From NCBI GenBank assembly GCA_031426555.1, contig JANPLN010000002.1, positions 32,001 through 96,000 of the forward strand: a DNA stretch of 64,000 nt, read 5' to 3'. Each line of letters opens with the position of its first letter. Position 1 is the stretch's first letter. The position numbers and the translations under genes are program-made. Under the pieces are notes generated by a model. That model was not told where the DNA came from. It made no database searches and saw only the letters and a program-made list of their open reading frames with translations. Shown here in pieces: positions 20,256 to 30,536 of the stretch. The DNA is from Bdellovibrionales bacterium (GTDB lineage: Bacteria; Bdellovibrionota; Bdellovibrionia; Bdellovibrionales; JAGQZY01).

Positions 20256-20750
20256 ATGGCTAAGAAAAAACCAACTAAAAAAACGAAAGCGGCAAAAAAA
20301 GCCGCACCAACAAAGAAAAAGACAGCCGCCAAAAAAGCAGCGCCTAAAAAAATGAAGGCCGCTCAAAAAGCAGCTCCAAAGAAAAAACCAGCAAAACCTC
20401 AAAAAGCAGCTCCAAAAAAAGCCGCCCCTAAAAAGGTAGCCGCTCCAAAAGTTGCCGCTAAAAAAACAGCGAAAACGTCGCCAGCTAAAACGGCCCCTAA
20501 AAAGGTGATGTCGCCGGCGTCTACTGCAGCTTCTCTCAACGATATGTACAAAAGTAAACAGACGTCTTTTGAAGCCGATGATCTTCTTGCCGATGATGAG
20601 TTTGCAGAAGATGCTGACGTTGAAGCCGCTGCGGTGACTCCCGAAGACGAAGAAGATGTTTTTGATGATCCAGATTTAACCTCTTACAACGAATTTGAAG
20701 ACGATGAAGAAGAGGAAGAAGATTCTGAAGACGACGGCAGTTATTTTTAG
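20256..20750 (+). CDS. Histone H1-like Lys/Ala/Pro-rich protein with acidic C-terminal tail
   Basis: KKAAPKK repeats in the first half, D/E-rich second half; GGAGG RBS and a downstream terminator. Confidence 0.85.
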   Translation: MAKKKPTKKTKAAKKAAPTKKKTAAKKAAPKKMKAAQKAAPKKKPAKPQKAAPKKAAPKKVAAPKVAAKKTAKTSPAKTAPKKVMSPASTAASLNDMYKSKQTSFEADDLLADDEFAEDADVEAAAVTPEDEEDVFDDPDLTSYNEFEDDEEEEEDSEDDGSYF

Positions 20751-20778
20751 TCTTTAAGTAAATATCTAAATTGTTTCT

Positions 20779-20805
20779 AAAAAGGGGCCTCGAGCCCCTT
20801 TTTTT
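20779..20805 (+). terminator. Intrinsic terminator
   Basis: AAAAAGGGGC-ctcga-GCCCCTTTTTTT. Confidence 0.85.
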
Positions 20806-20891
20806 ATTGGTATTGGGGCCTTTGTCTAGGTTCTGTCACACACTTCTCTTTCTCAAAACGAGACATGTGGAGTACTCTTTTAAATGGAATC

Positions 20892-20919
20892 TATAGTTTT
20901 TTTATAAGTATTCCGACAA
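20892..20919 (+). promoter_or_regulatory. Possible sigma28-like promoter
   Basis: TATAG-N15-TCCGACAA upstream of the Ig/VWA gene. Confidence 0.4.
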
Positions 20920-20940
20920 GACTAAGGTCAAGGGGGACGT

Positions 20941-23847
20941 ATGATTTGGTATAAAAAATCGAAACTGTTGTTACCAATCTTTTTAGGCTTATCTGTGGCC
21001 ATGGTTGCCTACACAAACTGCTCGAATAAATCGTTCACGGTTTCTAACGAAACTATGCAGCGACTCCTCAGTGAGAGCTCAAGCATCTATATAAATGACG
21101 ATGAGGTTTACACAAACAGCGCCGCTGTGAATTTGACCATCGAAAACAATAGCGCCGGCGAGATGTATGTGACCAACACAAAAGATTGTTCGGCGGGTGG
21201 TCAATGGGAACCCTATTCCACAACGAAATCTTGGACATTAGCTGAAGTTAATGTGCGTAGCAAAGCCTACGTAAAATTTCGCGAGGCCGGAAGTGAAATT
21301 GAATCGGCTTGTACCTGGGACAGTATCATCCACGACAACACGGCTCCCACTCTCGCGGTGGTTCAAGCAACGCCCACAATTACCAACAGCACCACTCTCA
21401 ACTTTCAATTTTCTGCGGCCGACAATCTCTCTGGTATCAAAGCTTTTAATTGCAAAGACGAAAAGGGACTTCCTTTTGCGAGCTGCAAAGAGATGATGAC
21501 GCTTTCGCCTCTCAAAGAGGGGCCGGGATCAGCCACGGTTATTGCTGAGGACAACGCGGGGAATTTTTCCGTGCCTCTGATTCAAACGTGGCTTGCCGAT
21601 TTTACAGCACCAAAAGCATTTATCAATTCATCGCCATCAGCGATTTCTAATAACGTGAGTGGGGTATTTTCTTTTTCTGGAACGGATAATTTTTCAAACA
21701 GCCTTGTCTTTGAATGTAAGCTAGATGCGGGCGCCTACACGGCGTGCACCTCGCCCTACAGTTTTATTCTCACTGAAGGTGTGCACAACTTTGAAATACG
21801 CGCCAAAGACGAAGCCGGAAATATTTCGAATGTTGCTAGCTACGCATGGACCATCGATTTATCGGCGCCCACTGTGCGCTTGGTCACCTTTCCAACCGCA
21901 TTTTCTAATTCGGCCAGAGCCACGTTTACGTTTGACGGAATGGACGACGGAGTCGTCATCACTCGTTTTGATTGCAAAATCGATAGTGGCGCTTTTACCA
22001 GCTGTACGAGCCCTTCAACGCAATCGGGGCTTGCCAATGGATCCCACACCTTTCAGGTAAGAGGTTACGATAGCGCCGGAAATATGTCCTCCCCCGCCAG
22101 TTACACTTGGGTTATTGATACACAGGCTCCACAAGTGCAAGTTAATTCGAACCCTGCAAAAGAAACCAATCAACAAACAGCGACATTTCAGTTTGTCGCA
22201 ACAGACATGGGAACTGGCATCCAGCTTGTGGAGTGCCGTATCGACAGCGCTGCTTTCCAGACCTGTAACAACTTATCTGTTCAGTATGACACTCTCGCTC
22301 AAGGCAATCATACATTTCAGGTGCGAGCCAAGGATCTTGCCGGAAACTCTTCTTCCACCGTTTCCTACTCGTGGTTTGTCGATTTAACCGCTCCAGCGCT
22401 GAGCTTTATTCGCACGCCAATGAACCCAACCACGGATCGCCTCGCCGTTTTCGAAATGCGCGTGACTGATAATTCCACCAGTCCGTTGCTTCTTGAGTGC
22501 AAACTCGACAGTGCAGTTTTTGCGACGTGCAGCTTAAATCAGGCTTTGAACATGAACAGGGACGGAACCCATACTTTTTCGGTGCGCGCTACGGATTCAG
22601 CTGGTAACGTTTCGACTGTTCTTCCTCATGTTTGGTTGCTGGATTCAACGGGTCCAGCGATTAACTTTACGTCGATTCCTGAACCAAATATTGGAATTTT
22701 AGACAATCCCGAAATTGGCTTTACAGTTGTTGATACGCATTCTTCCGTGGCGAGTGTTCAGTGCGGTCTGCAAGGTCAAACGGCCGCGTGCCCAGTGACC
22801 CACACTGCGATTTATAAAGACCTGACTGTAGGCTCCTACGTCTTTGTTGTGACCGCTGTCGATGCGCTGGGAAACTCTTCCAACAACTCAGTTTCCTTCC
22901 AAGTGAAAAATAATATTCGTCAGGTAAGTCAAAACATCGATGTCACTGTAAACAACAAGGCAGACATTTTGATCGTTATCGATAATTCAGGCTCTATGAA
23001 TAGAGAGCAACAGAATATGGCGCAAAGATTTGCAACGTTTATTGATCAATTAAATAGTTTGGATTGGCGTGTGGCCATCGTTACCACAGATGTAGAAAGA
23101 GATGGACTTAAGATGGACGGTCGTTTTTTAAAGTTTGACAACACCGTTCTCCAAAGCGCAACTGAGGTTTATTATATCCATTCAGGTATGGATAAGGCCG
23201 CAGCAAAAGCTGCGTTTGCTGCAACTATTCAGCGTCCATCGAGTGAGGGCAGCGGCAATGAGCAAGGAATTGCAGCATCGCTTCGTGCGATTAAACGAAG
23301 TCAAGATGCCGCGACAGTGTTGGCCAGTACTCCCAATCGCAATTTTTTTCGTTCGGATGCTGTCCTAAGCACAGTCGTAATTACCGACGCAAACGAAACG
23401 AATCGCCTGGGTACGCAGGATCAAAACAAACCACAATTTTGGTTTGATTCGGTACGGGCTCTGTGGCCCACCAAACCTTTTTCGTTCCACTCGATTATTG
23501 TGAAAAGTGGAGATTCCGCCTGTTTGCGCATAAATGGAAACGAAGATTATGGAGTTTCCTACGAGCAGTTATCGAATCTCACTGGTGGAATCATTGGTTC
23601 TGTCTGCGCTGCTGACTATGGAACACAGCTTACTCAAATGGGCCAAGCCGTTGTAAATTTGCGGCGTACTGTGAGCCTAAATTGTCCACCACTCAATCAG
23701 AATAAAAACGGCACACTCCTCGATGACATCATGGTGACACTGGAATCCGGTGGTTCCTTAGGAGTGGCAGATGTTTCCGGACAAACACTCACTGTGGCTA
23801 GTGATTTTCCGGCTGGTAGGCATAAAATAGATTACTGGTGTTACTAG
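20941..23847 (+). CDS. Exported (probable lipoprotein) adhesin-like protein: about six Ig-like repeats plus a C-terminal VWA/MIDAS domain
   Basis: Signal ending AYTNC; repeats starting DNTAP/DFTAP/DLSAP/DTQAP/DLTAP/DSTGP, each with a Cys pair; DILIVIDNSGSM MIDAS motif. Confidence 0.85.
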   Translation: MIWYKKSKLLLPIFLGLSVAMVAYTNCSNKSFTVSNETMQRLLSESSSIYINDDEVYTNSAAVNLTIENNSAGEMYVTNTKDCSAGGQWEPYSTTKSWTLAEVNVRSKAYVKFREAGSEIESACTWDSIIHDNTAPTLAVVQATPTITNSTTLNFQFSAADNLSGIKAFNCKDEKGLPFASCKEMMTLSPLKEGPGSATVIAEDNAGNFSVPLIQTWLADFTAPKAFINSSPSAISNNVSGVFSFSGTDNFSNSLVFECKLDAGAYTACTSPYSFILTEGVHNFEIRAKDEAGNISNVASYAWTIDLSAPTVRLVTFPTAFSNSARATFTFDGMDDGVVITRFDCKIDSGAFTSCTSPSTQSGLANGSHTFQVRGYDSAGNMSSPASYTWVIDTQAPQVQVNSNPAKETNQQTATFQFVATDMGTGIQLVECRIDSAAFQTCNNLSVQYDTLAQGNHTFQVRAKDLAGNSSSTVSYSWFVDLTAPALSFIRTPMNPTTDRLAVFEMRVTDNSTSPLLLECKLDSAVFATCSLNQALNMNRDGTHTFSVRATDSAGNVSTVLPHVWLLDSTGPAINFTSIPEPNIGILDNPEIGFTVVDTHSSVASVQCGLQGQTAACPVTHTAIYKDLTVGSYVFVVTAVDALGNSSNNSVSFQVKNNIRQVSQNIDVTVNNKADILIVIDNSGSMNREQQNMAQRFATFIDQLNSLDWRVAIVTTDVERDGLKMDGRFLKFDNTVLQSATEVYYIHSGMDKAAAKAAFAATIQRPSSEGSGNEQGIAASLRAIKRSQDAATVLASTPNRNFFRSDAVLSTVVITDANETNRLGTQDQNKPQFWFDSVRALWPTKPFSFHSIIVKSGDSACLRINGNEDYGVSYEQLSNLTGGIIGSVCAADYGTQLTQMGQAVVNLRRTVSLNCPPLNQNKNGTLLDDIMVTLESGGSLGVADVSGQTLTVASDFPAGRHKIDYWCY

Positions 23848-23870
23848 GATCATTAGCTTTTTTAAAAAAC

Positions 23871-23902
23871 AAAAAAAAAGCCGCTCAGTGAGCGGCTTTT
23901 TT
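23871..23902. terminator. Bidirectional intrinsic terminator
   Basis: A-tract, GCCGCTCA-g-TGAGCGGC, T-tract between convergent genes. Confidence 0.9.
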
Positions 23903-23905
23903 CGT

Positions 23906-24937
23906 CTAAGTTCCTTTCTTTGGAACTTTCATATGGATAGCGAAGTTTTCAAACTCCCCGTACTCATGCAATTTGTTATACAACGTTTTAATCGTAATTC
24001 CCAAAGCATTGGCGGCTTGAGTTTTATTGCCATCAAAATGCTTTAGAGCTTCTACGATGTAACGTCGCTCTAACTCGTGCAATGTCAAAGTCGGATCATA
24101 CTGACCGATCACCAGTTTGTTTTCTGGTTTCAAAATCGTTTCAGGTAAATCGCTCACTTGAATGGTATGACCATCTGCTAAAATTTGTAAACGTTCACAC
24201 AAGTTTTGCAATTCACGAATGTTTCCTGGCCACTCGTACTTCATTAAAGCTTGAAGAGCCTCTGGACTCATTTCCTGTCCACGATTCAAAATACGCGAGT
24301 TTCCACGCGCCAAAAAGTAAGTCACTAACAAAGGAATATCCTCTTTGCGACGACGAAGTGGAGGCGAATGTACAGTGATCGTATTAATACGATAGTACAA
24401 ATCCTCGCGGAAACTTCCTTTGAGAACTTCTGAATCGAGTTCGCGGTTGGTCGCACTGATCAAACGAATATTTACTTTGATCGGTTCTTTTCCACCAACA
24501 CGGTAAACTTCGCCTTCTTGAATAAAGCGTAAAAGTTTTGCCTGGATTCCAGGACTCAACTCGCCGATTTCATCCAAGAACAGTGTTCCGCCGGAAGCTG
24601 CTTCCGCAAGACCAATTTTGCGATTGTAAGCGCCGGTAAAGGCACCTTTCTCGTGTCCGAAAAGTTCCGACTCTAAAAGAGTTTCGCGAAGAGCTCCGCA
24701 GTTAATGGCCACAAAAGGCTTATCTGCTCTTTGGCTTTTTTCGTGCACCGAGCGTGCAATCAGTTCTTTTCCCGTACCGCTCTCACCGAGAATCAACACA
24801 GGAGCGCCCGAAGGGGCAACTCGATCCACCATTTTCAACACTTGATGCATCACCTCGGACTTGTAGATAATGGATGGCTTTCTTAAATCTGATGAAAGTA
24901 TAGATTTCTGTAAATCGACCTCTTTCATTTGTGACAT
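23906..24937 (-). CDS. Sigma54-dependent enhancer-binding protein without an N-terminal sensory domain
   Basis: [38 protein letters not shown], Fis HTH; AAA+ domain begins about 25 aa from the start. Confidence 0.92.
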   Translation of the reverse strand: MSQMKEVDLQKSILSSDLRKPSIIYKSEVMHQVLKMVDRVAPSGAPVLILGESGTGKELIARSVHEKSQRADKPFVAINCGALRETLLESELFGHEKGAFTGAYNRKIGLAEAASGGTLFLDEIGELSPGIQAKLLRFIQEGEVYRVGGKEPIKVNIRLISATNRELDSEVLKGSFREDLYYRINTITVHSPPLRRRKEDIPLLVTYFLARGNSRILNRGQEMSPEALQALMKYEWPGNIRELQNLCERLQILADGHTIQVSDLPETILKPENKLVIGQYDPTLTLHELERRYIVEALKHFDGNKTQAANALGITIKTLYNKLHEYGEFENFAIHMKVPKKGT

Positions 24938-24968
24938 ACGTACCGCCTCTCAATTACTCTATTTATAA

Positions 24969-24985
24969 TGCCTCATTTTGAGGCA
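24969..24985. promoter_or_regulatory. Palindromic site TGCCTCA-ttt-TGAGGCA
   Basis: Perfect 7-bp inverted repeat about 30 bp upstream of the enhancer-binding protein gene. Confidence 0.55.
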
Positions 24986-25091
24986 CGCTTGAGTGATAGG
25001 CACTATAATGCCGCGCTGAATAAATTTCAAGTAGAATTTTCAGCGCCGCGTTGTAATATAAATATTAATGAGAGAATACGGTAGTTTAACT

Positions 25092-25964
25092 ATGCTAAAT
25101 TTTACAGAAATTATCGTAAAATTTTTAGAAACTTTGGCCATGGAGGAGCAAAAAGCCCCCTTAACCCTTGTGGCCTACTCCAACGACCTTAAGCAGGTTT
25201 TTGCCGAAAAACATGACTTAACACCTTCTGAGCTCAAACTGACGGTGACAAAGTTTTTGCGCTCTATTTCGCACCTGTCGCCTGCGACTCGAGGGCGAAA
25301 GATTGCCACCCTTAAAAAGTTTTATCAGTATTTAAAGCACCACAAGCTCGTCGACGAAGCTCATCCCCATTTGGTGACTCCCAAAAATCCACAAAAGTTG
25401 CCAAACTTTTTAACTGTGGACGAAGCCATCGCTGTATTGAAGTCATTCGAATCACTTCCGCTAGACCTAGAGGCAAAACAGCGAACGCAAAGACAGCATG
25501 TTTTGTTTCTACTGCTTTATGGAGCTGGCCTGCGCGTGAGCGAAGCCTGCAACCTCACTTGGCAGTCCGTGAATCTGTCGCGACGAGAAATGCGAGTGCT
25601 TGGCAAAGGTAACAAAGAGCGCGCCATTTCGTTTCCCGTCTTGTTGTTGAAGAAACTGGCTTCGCTGCGGGAAACTCAACAGCAGAAATACATTTGGGGC
25701 GATAAGCCATTAAACACGCGCACCGCCTACAACGACATTACCGCCTGTGGATTGAACGCTGGATTGAGCCATCACATACATCCCCATGCCCTTCGGCACA
25801 GCTTTGCCACCCATTTACTCAACGATGGAGCCGATCTGCGCGTGATCCAAGAAATGTTGGGTCACAGCAACCTGGGAGCCACCGAGCGCTACACCCACGT
25901 CACACTCAATCAACTCTCACAAACCCTTGAAAAGTTTCATCCTCTGGGTAAGAAGACTGTATGA
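25092..25964 (+). CDS. xerC: Tyrosine recombinase XerC/XerD family
   Basis: GLRVSE, GKGNKER, HPHALRHSFATHLL, LGH and TERY catalytic residues; housekeeping context. Confidence 0.85.
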   Translation: MLNFTEIIVKFLETLAMEEQKAPLTLVAYSNDLKQVFAEKHDLTPSELKLTVTKFLRSISHLSPATRGRKIATLKKFYQYLKHHKLVDEAHPHLVTPKNPQKLPNFLTVDEAIAVLKSFESLPLDLEAKQRTQRQHVLFLLLYGAGLRVSEACNLTWQSVNLSRREMRVLGKGNKERAISFPVLLLKKLASLRETQQQKYIWGDKPLNTRTAYNDITACGLNAGLSHHIHPHALRHSFATHLLNDGADLRVIQEMLGHSNLGATERYTHVTLNQLSQTLEKFHPLGKKTV

Positions 25965-26482
25965 AGAAAGCCATCTTTTTAGATCGCGATGGAACAATCA
26001 TCGTCGATAAGAATTACTTGAACGATCCTGAACAGGTGGAATTTATTCCTAGAGCCGTTGAAGCTCTCAAGGCTTTGCAAAACGATTTTCTGTTGATCGT
26101 TGTGACCAATCAGTCAGGGATTGCGCGCGGGCTCGTGCACGTGGAGAACATGCATTTGATTCATGAAAAAATGCAGGCTGTGCTCAATCCGCATGGCGTG
26201 CAAATCACTGCGTTTTATCACTCTCCGCATGCAGCTGATAGCAACCATCCTCTGCGCAAACCAAATCCGGGGATGTTGATACAGGCCGCGAAAGACCATC
26301 GCATTGATTTGGGTTCTAGTTTTATGATCGGCGACAAGCCGATCGATGTGGAAGCAGGTCATCGCGCGGGCACGAAAAGTATTTTGATTAGCGACGAGGC
26401 CTCGGAAACTTGCTCACCTGAGTGTGTGGCTCCTGATCTGCTGGTGGCTGCTAAATGGATTTTTCAAATGAATCTGGACTAG
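25961..26482 (+). CDS. gmhB: D-glycero-D-manno-heptose 1,7-bisphosphate phosphatase (HAD-IIIA)
   Basis: FLDRDGT, VTNQSGIARG, RKPNPGM, MIGD. Confidence 0.88.
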   Translation: MKKAIFLDRDGTIIVDKNYLNDPEQVEFIPRAVEALKALQNDFLLIVVTNQSGIARGLVHVENMHLIHEKMQAVLNPHGVQITAFYHSPHAADSNHPLRKPNPGMLIQAAKDHRIDLGSSFMIGDKPIDVEAGHRAGTKSILISDEASETCSPECVAPDLLVAAKWIFQMNLD

Positions 26483-26511
26483 CCTTAAAACATAACTCCA
26501 AATATGATTTT

Positions 26512-27180
26512 ATGATGATCTATCTGCTTATAATATTATTAGGTAGCGTCTTTATACATTCAGAAGAATCTCAAGAAACCTGCCGTGCGAAAATGCTAGG
26601 ACCTAATTATAAGTCAATATTGAGCTCTTCGCTGATCAAAATGAAATATGCTGTCGCGGTGGCTGATACTCACTGCAAAATAAACATAACTAAAGAAGAT
26701 ATTCGCAAAGGACAAACTAAAGCCATCTGCCCAAACCACAAAACTCAGTATAAGATGGGCTGCTTAAAGGAATGGATGACTCTTAACCAAATTAATTATC
26801 TTGCGGGCCTTGCCGCCCTTCACTCGTCGGCAATCATTATTGCAAAAGAAGATAAAAATCAGTTTCCTAAAGATCACAAAGTTTTACCTCAAATGATAGA
26901 TCTTCTCCTCTTGGGTTTAGAAGCTTACTCAACAAAAGGCAATATCGCTTATAATTCATCTCAAGATCTGAAAGAAAATGAGCAAATGCAGTATTTACGT
27001 TTGATCGAACAGTCGTCGTTTGCAAAATATAAAAAAACGGTCACAGACAGCCTCTCCAAACAAATAGTTGAATTAAAAAAAATGCTTCAAACTATCCCCC
27101 CTCAAAGCGCTGACTACAAATGGCTTAGCACCTCGGCGTTAATTCTTGAGAGTCGTCTCTCAAAAGTTAAATCTCTTTGA
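26512..27180 (+). CDS. Hypothetical exported protein
   Basis: Long ORF with a hydrophobic N-terminus (MMIYLLIILLGSVF); no recognised motif. Confidence 0.6.
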   Translation: MMIYLLIILLGSVFIHSEESQETCRAKMLGPNYKSILSSSLIKMKYAVAVADTHCKINITKEDIRKGQTKAICPNHKTQYKMGCLKEWMTLNQINYLAGLAALHSSAIIIAKEDKNQFPKDHKVLPQMIDLLLLGLEAYSTKGNIAYNSSQDLKENEQMQYLRLIEQSSFAKYKKTVTDSLSKQIVELKKMLQTIPPQSADYKWLSTSALILESRLSKVKSL

Positions 27181-27222
27181 AAATTAATTGCGACTGCCGC
27201 TTACCGAAGAGACGTGCTCCTT

Positions 27223-27807
27223 TTAAAATACACCGAGCTCACGAAGGGCGTGGTCGCTCAGGGAACGCAGCTGGGACTGCAGCCTGTGGCCCTTGAGTTT
27301 TTCGCAGTTTTGTAAAGGCTCATGCAGGAACTCGTTAAAGTGTCCATCTTCGTTTGGCAAGTAACCGCTGTAGAACAATAGTTTGATTCGAAAATGAAGC
27401 TGAAGGAGACGAATCTCTTTGGTGTGTTCTAATTTTTTAAGGGCATTGCCAAAGAGGTTAAAGATGGGGCCATTGTCGTCGGAACCTTGCACGGTGATGC
27501 GGGACACATCTTTCGCAAGGCTCAACCCCAATTGTAGGCGATCATAATCCGTGCGTATCCCCGAAAACCCGTCGATGAGTTTCGCTTCGCTCAAGGCAAC
27601 GAACTCCGTTTTTTCTTTGCGGTCTTCGTAAGTGAGATGCACGTAGTTCATGGCTTCTAAAACACCACCGCCAAAGCGTTTTTTACTTTTTAAGGCGCTT
27701 CTGGCTAAAAAATGTTGTTTTCCACCATTGGTATTCAGAGCGTCGATTTGTAAATCCGCCTCTTTAAAAACCATGGTGCGAAGAATTAAAAACGAACCTG
27801 CTGCCAC
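27223..27807 (-). CDS. recO: DNA repair protein RecO
   Basis: EADL, ARSALKSKKRFGG OB-fold motif, KLL..SGY; downstream of mgtE. Confidence 0.85.
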   Translation of the reverse strand: MAAGSFLILRTMVFKEADLQIDALNTNGGKQHFLARSALKSKKRFGGGVLEAMNYVHLTYEDRKEKTEFVALSEAKLIDGFSGIRTDYDRLQLGLSLAKDVSRITVQGSDDNGPIFNLFGNALKKLEHTKEIRLLQLHFRIKLLFYSGYLPNEDGHFNEFLHEPLQNCEKLKGHRLQSQLRSLSDHALRELGVF

Positions 27808-27816
27808 GCTGGCTCC

Positions 27817-29154
27817 TTAAAGATAAGCGAATAAGGACAATATCAAAATAGACAAAATATTGGCTAAAATAACCGACAATGGAATAATCGACGCATTTAG
27901 CTCCCGCGAAAACTGTTTAAAGGTCCATGGAATAAATACAGAGAGTAAAACAGAGCTGATCACTAGCATTAAAAAACTAAGGGAAAACAAATAGTAAATC
28001 TCATTTTCAACTCGCAAGAGAATAAAAATGCTTAAAGAAATAAATGATAGCAACGTTCCCATAAAAAAAGACAGCGTGAACTCTTGTTTAAGGATGCCAG
28101 ACAATCCCCTGATTTTATCTTCACCGCTGCGAAAAAACTCCAAGGCCAGAGACGCCGTTTGGTTGCTGAGAATCGTTACTAAAAACTGCGCCATGGGAAT
28201 CATACAAATCAGTTGCCATGGAATTTCTCTATGCCGATCGTACAGTCCGCGATAAAGTGCATAAAAACAAATCAGTCCACCAAATAAACACAAAAAGAAC
28301 CACGGAACGCGGGCAATAAAATGATCCCAGAAGCCTTCCTCGCCACCAACTCCCGCCATCCCTCGAGATAAGAGCTCGTCTGAAGCCTCTTCCCGGATCA
28401 CATCGATAACGTCGTCGACAGTGATAACTCCAACAAGATTTTTTGAATGATCGACAACGGGAACAGCCAAAAAATCATATTTTTCGACAATTTTCGAAAC
28501 ATCCAACTGGTCTGTGGTCACTTCGACGGACATGACATCTGTCTCCATGATATCTTTTAAGACAATGTTCGGTTTATGCAAAATCAATTGCTTCAGACTC
28601 AGTACTCCCACCAGCTGGTGGGACTCATTGGTTACATAAATATAAAAGGTGATTAAATCCTCATCCGTCTCTTGAATAAAAAGGATGGCCTCGGAAACCG
28701 TCTTGTCCTGATCCACAGAAAGTACGTGCGGAGTCATCAGCGCACCGGCGGAGTCATCGGGGTAACCCATAAGCTCTTCGACTTCCTGTACGTCCTCGGT
28801 GGACATCCCCTTAAGAAGTTGCTTGGAAAGATCTTCAGGCAAGTGACCCAAAAGGTCTGCTGCATCATCGGACTGCATTTGCGCCAGGATTTCTTGCACC
28901 TCTTGCGGGTTTAAAACAACGGAAATTTCTTCCTGCAAAGACTCATTGAGGCGGCTGAGAATATCGGCTTTGAGTTCCAGAGTGGGAACCATTTGAAAAA
29001 TACTCAGTCTTTCGTCGGGATCTAAGATTTCGAGCACCGCAGCGATATCTGCACCATGGGATTTTGCGATGATTTTTTTGATATTGCGCTCCGCTCCCCG
29101 ACGGTAAAGCTTACTCACGGTAACGGCTAGTTTTTTGGTGCGCTCTTCAATCAC
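27817..29154 (-). CDS. mgtE: MgtE-family magnesium transporter (N domain, CBS pair, divergent TM domain)
   Basis: DDAADLL, YPDDSAGALMT, VGVITVDDVID, five C-terminal hydrophobic segments. Confidence 0.88.
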   Translation of the reverse strand: MIEERTKKLAVTVSKLYRRGAERNIKKIIAKSHGADIAAVLEILDPDERLSIFQMVPTLELKADILSRLNESLQEEISVVLNPQEVQEILAQMQSDDAADLLGHLPEDLSKQLLKGMSTEDVQEVEELMGYPDDSAGALMTPHVLSVDQDKTVSEAILFIQETDEDLITFYIYVTNESHQLVGVLSLKQLILHKPNIVLKDIMETDVMSVEVTTDQLDVSKIVEKYDFLAVPVVDHSKNLVGVITVDDVIDVIREEASDELLSRGMAGVGGEEGFWDHFIARVPWFFLCLFGGLICFYALYRGLYDRHREIPWQLICMIPMAQFLVTILSNQTASLALEFFRSGEDKIRGLSGILKQEFTLSFFMGTLLSFISLSIFILLRVENEIYYLFSLSFLMLVISSVLLSVFIPWTFKQFSRELNASIIPLSVILANILSILILSLFAYL

Positions 29155-29222
29155 AAAAACCTCTTTGTAACGTGTGTTTTACCATGATAATCTCTCCGCT
29201 GAAATCAAAAAAGAGGTCCCCT

Positions 29223-30536
29223 TTGAAGATAAGTTTAGTTGGAACAGGATATGTGGGCTTGGTGGCGGGAGTTTGCTTCGCCGACGTAGGACACGATGTT
29301 ATTTGCGTGGATAATAACGAAGAAAAAATTCGCAAGCTGAAGGATGGATTGATTCCCATCTACGAGCCGGGCCTTGGTGACATTTTAAAGAACTGCGCCT
29401 CGCGCATTCAGTTCACGACAGATCTCAAAAGCGCCGTCAACCAAACACAGGTTGTCTTTATTGCCGTGGGAACTCCTGAAAAAAGCGATGGCAGCGCTGA
29501 TATGGGACCCACCATGGCAGTTCTTAAGGGAATTTGCGATGCCGCCACCGATAAAAAATATATTGTTCTTAAGAGCACCGTTCCAGTGGGCACTGCTTCT
29601 GAACTCAAAAAATATATTCAGACTCTTTCGAAAATTCCCCATGAGCTTATCAATAACCCAGAGTTTTTAAAAGAAGGCGCCGCGGTTGAAGATTTTTTGC
29701 GCCCGGATCGTGTGGTCATCGGCTGCGAAAGCAAAGCGGCCCAGGATATGATGGGTGAGCTCTACGCTCCCTTTGTGCGCAACGGTCACCCCATTTATTT
29801 TATGTCCAATGTTTCGGCCGAAATGACCAAGTACGCAGCGAACTCGTTTTTGTCGGTGAAGATTAGTTTTATCAATGAACTAGCTGACCTGGCAGATCGC
29901 GTGGGTGCCGACATTCACGATGTGCGCAAAGGCTTTACGTCGGATCGCCGAATCAATCCTGCGTTTTTCCATCCCGGCGTGGGCTACGGTGGAAGTTGTT
30001 TTCCAAAGGACGTTCAGGCGTTGATTCACACCGCAAAAAAATACGGATCCACAATGGACATCGTGGCTGCTGCGGACAGCGTGAATGACAAACAAAAATT
30101 AGTATTGTTTGAAAAAGTAAAAAAACGTTTTGGAAGTTTAATAGGAATGCACTTTGCCATGTGGGGCTTAAGTTTTAAACCGCGCACGGATGATGTGCGC
30201 GAAGCTCCTGCCATGTATTTGTTGAAAGCCCTCGCGGCCGAAGGAGCCACGGTTACGGCTTATGATCCTGTGGCCACAGAATCTGCAAAAGGCTATTTTC
30301 CAACTCCCTTTACGGCTGCGGAATCAGCCTTGGATGCGACAAAAGGGGCTGATGCACTTTTGATCGTCACCGAGTGGAATGAATTCCGAACTCCCGATTT
30401 TGCGGCTCTTAAGCAAAGCCTAAAAAATTCTATTATTTTTGATGGCCGAAATGCCTTGAACGTAAGTGATATAGTAAAATATAATTTTGAGTACTACTGT
30501 ATTGGTCGTCAGATTACTGTTGGAGCGGGAAAATGA
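29223..30536 (+). CDS. ugd: UDP-glucose 6-dehydrogenase
   Basis: GTGYVGL, NPEFLKEG, GYGGSCFPKD; TTG start after AAGAGG. Confidence 0.95.
   Translation: MKISLVGTGYVGLVAGVCFADVGHDVICVDNNEEKIRKLKDGLIPIYEPGLGDILKNCASRIQFTTDLKSAVNQTQVVFIAVGTPEKSDGSADMGPTMAVLKGICDAATDKKYIVLKSTVPVGTASELKKYIQTLSKIPHELINNPEFLKEGAAVEDFLRPDRVVIGCESKAAQDMMGELYAPFVRNGHPIYFMSNVSAEMTKYAANSFLSVKISFINELADLADRVGADIHDVRKGFTSDRRINPAFFHPGVGYGGSCFPKDVQALIHTAKKYGSTMDIVAAADSVNDKQKLVLFEKVKKRFGSLIGMHFAMWGLSFKPRTDDVREAPAMYLLKALAAEGATVTAYDPVATESAKGYFPTPFTAAESALDATKGADALLIVTEWNEFRTPDFAALKQSLKNSIIFDGRNALNVSDIVKYNFEYYCIGRQITVGAGK

Noticed and set aside
25092..25964. Phage or island integrase
   Set aside because: Sequence and length fit housekeeping XerC/D; it is coupled to gmhB, with no att-like repeats or mobile cargo nearby.
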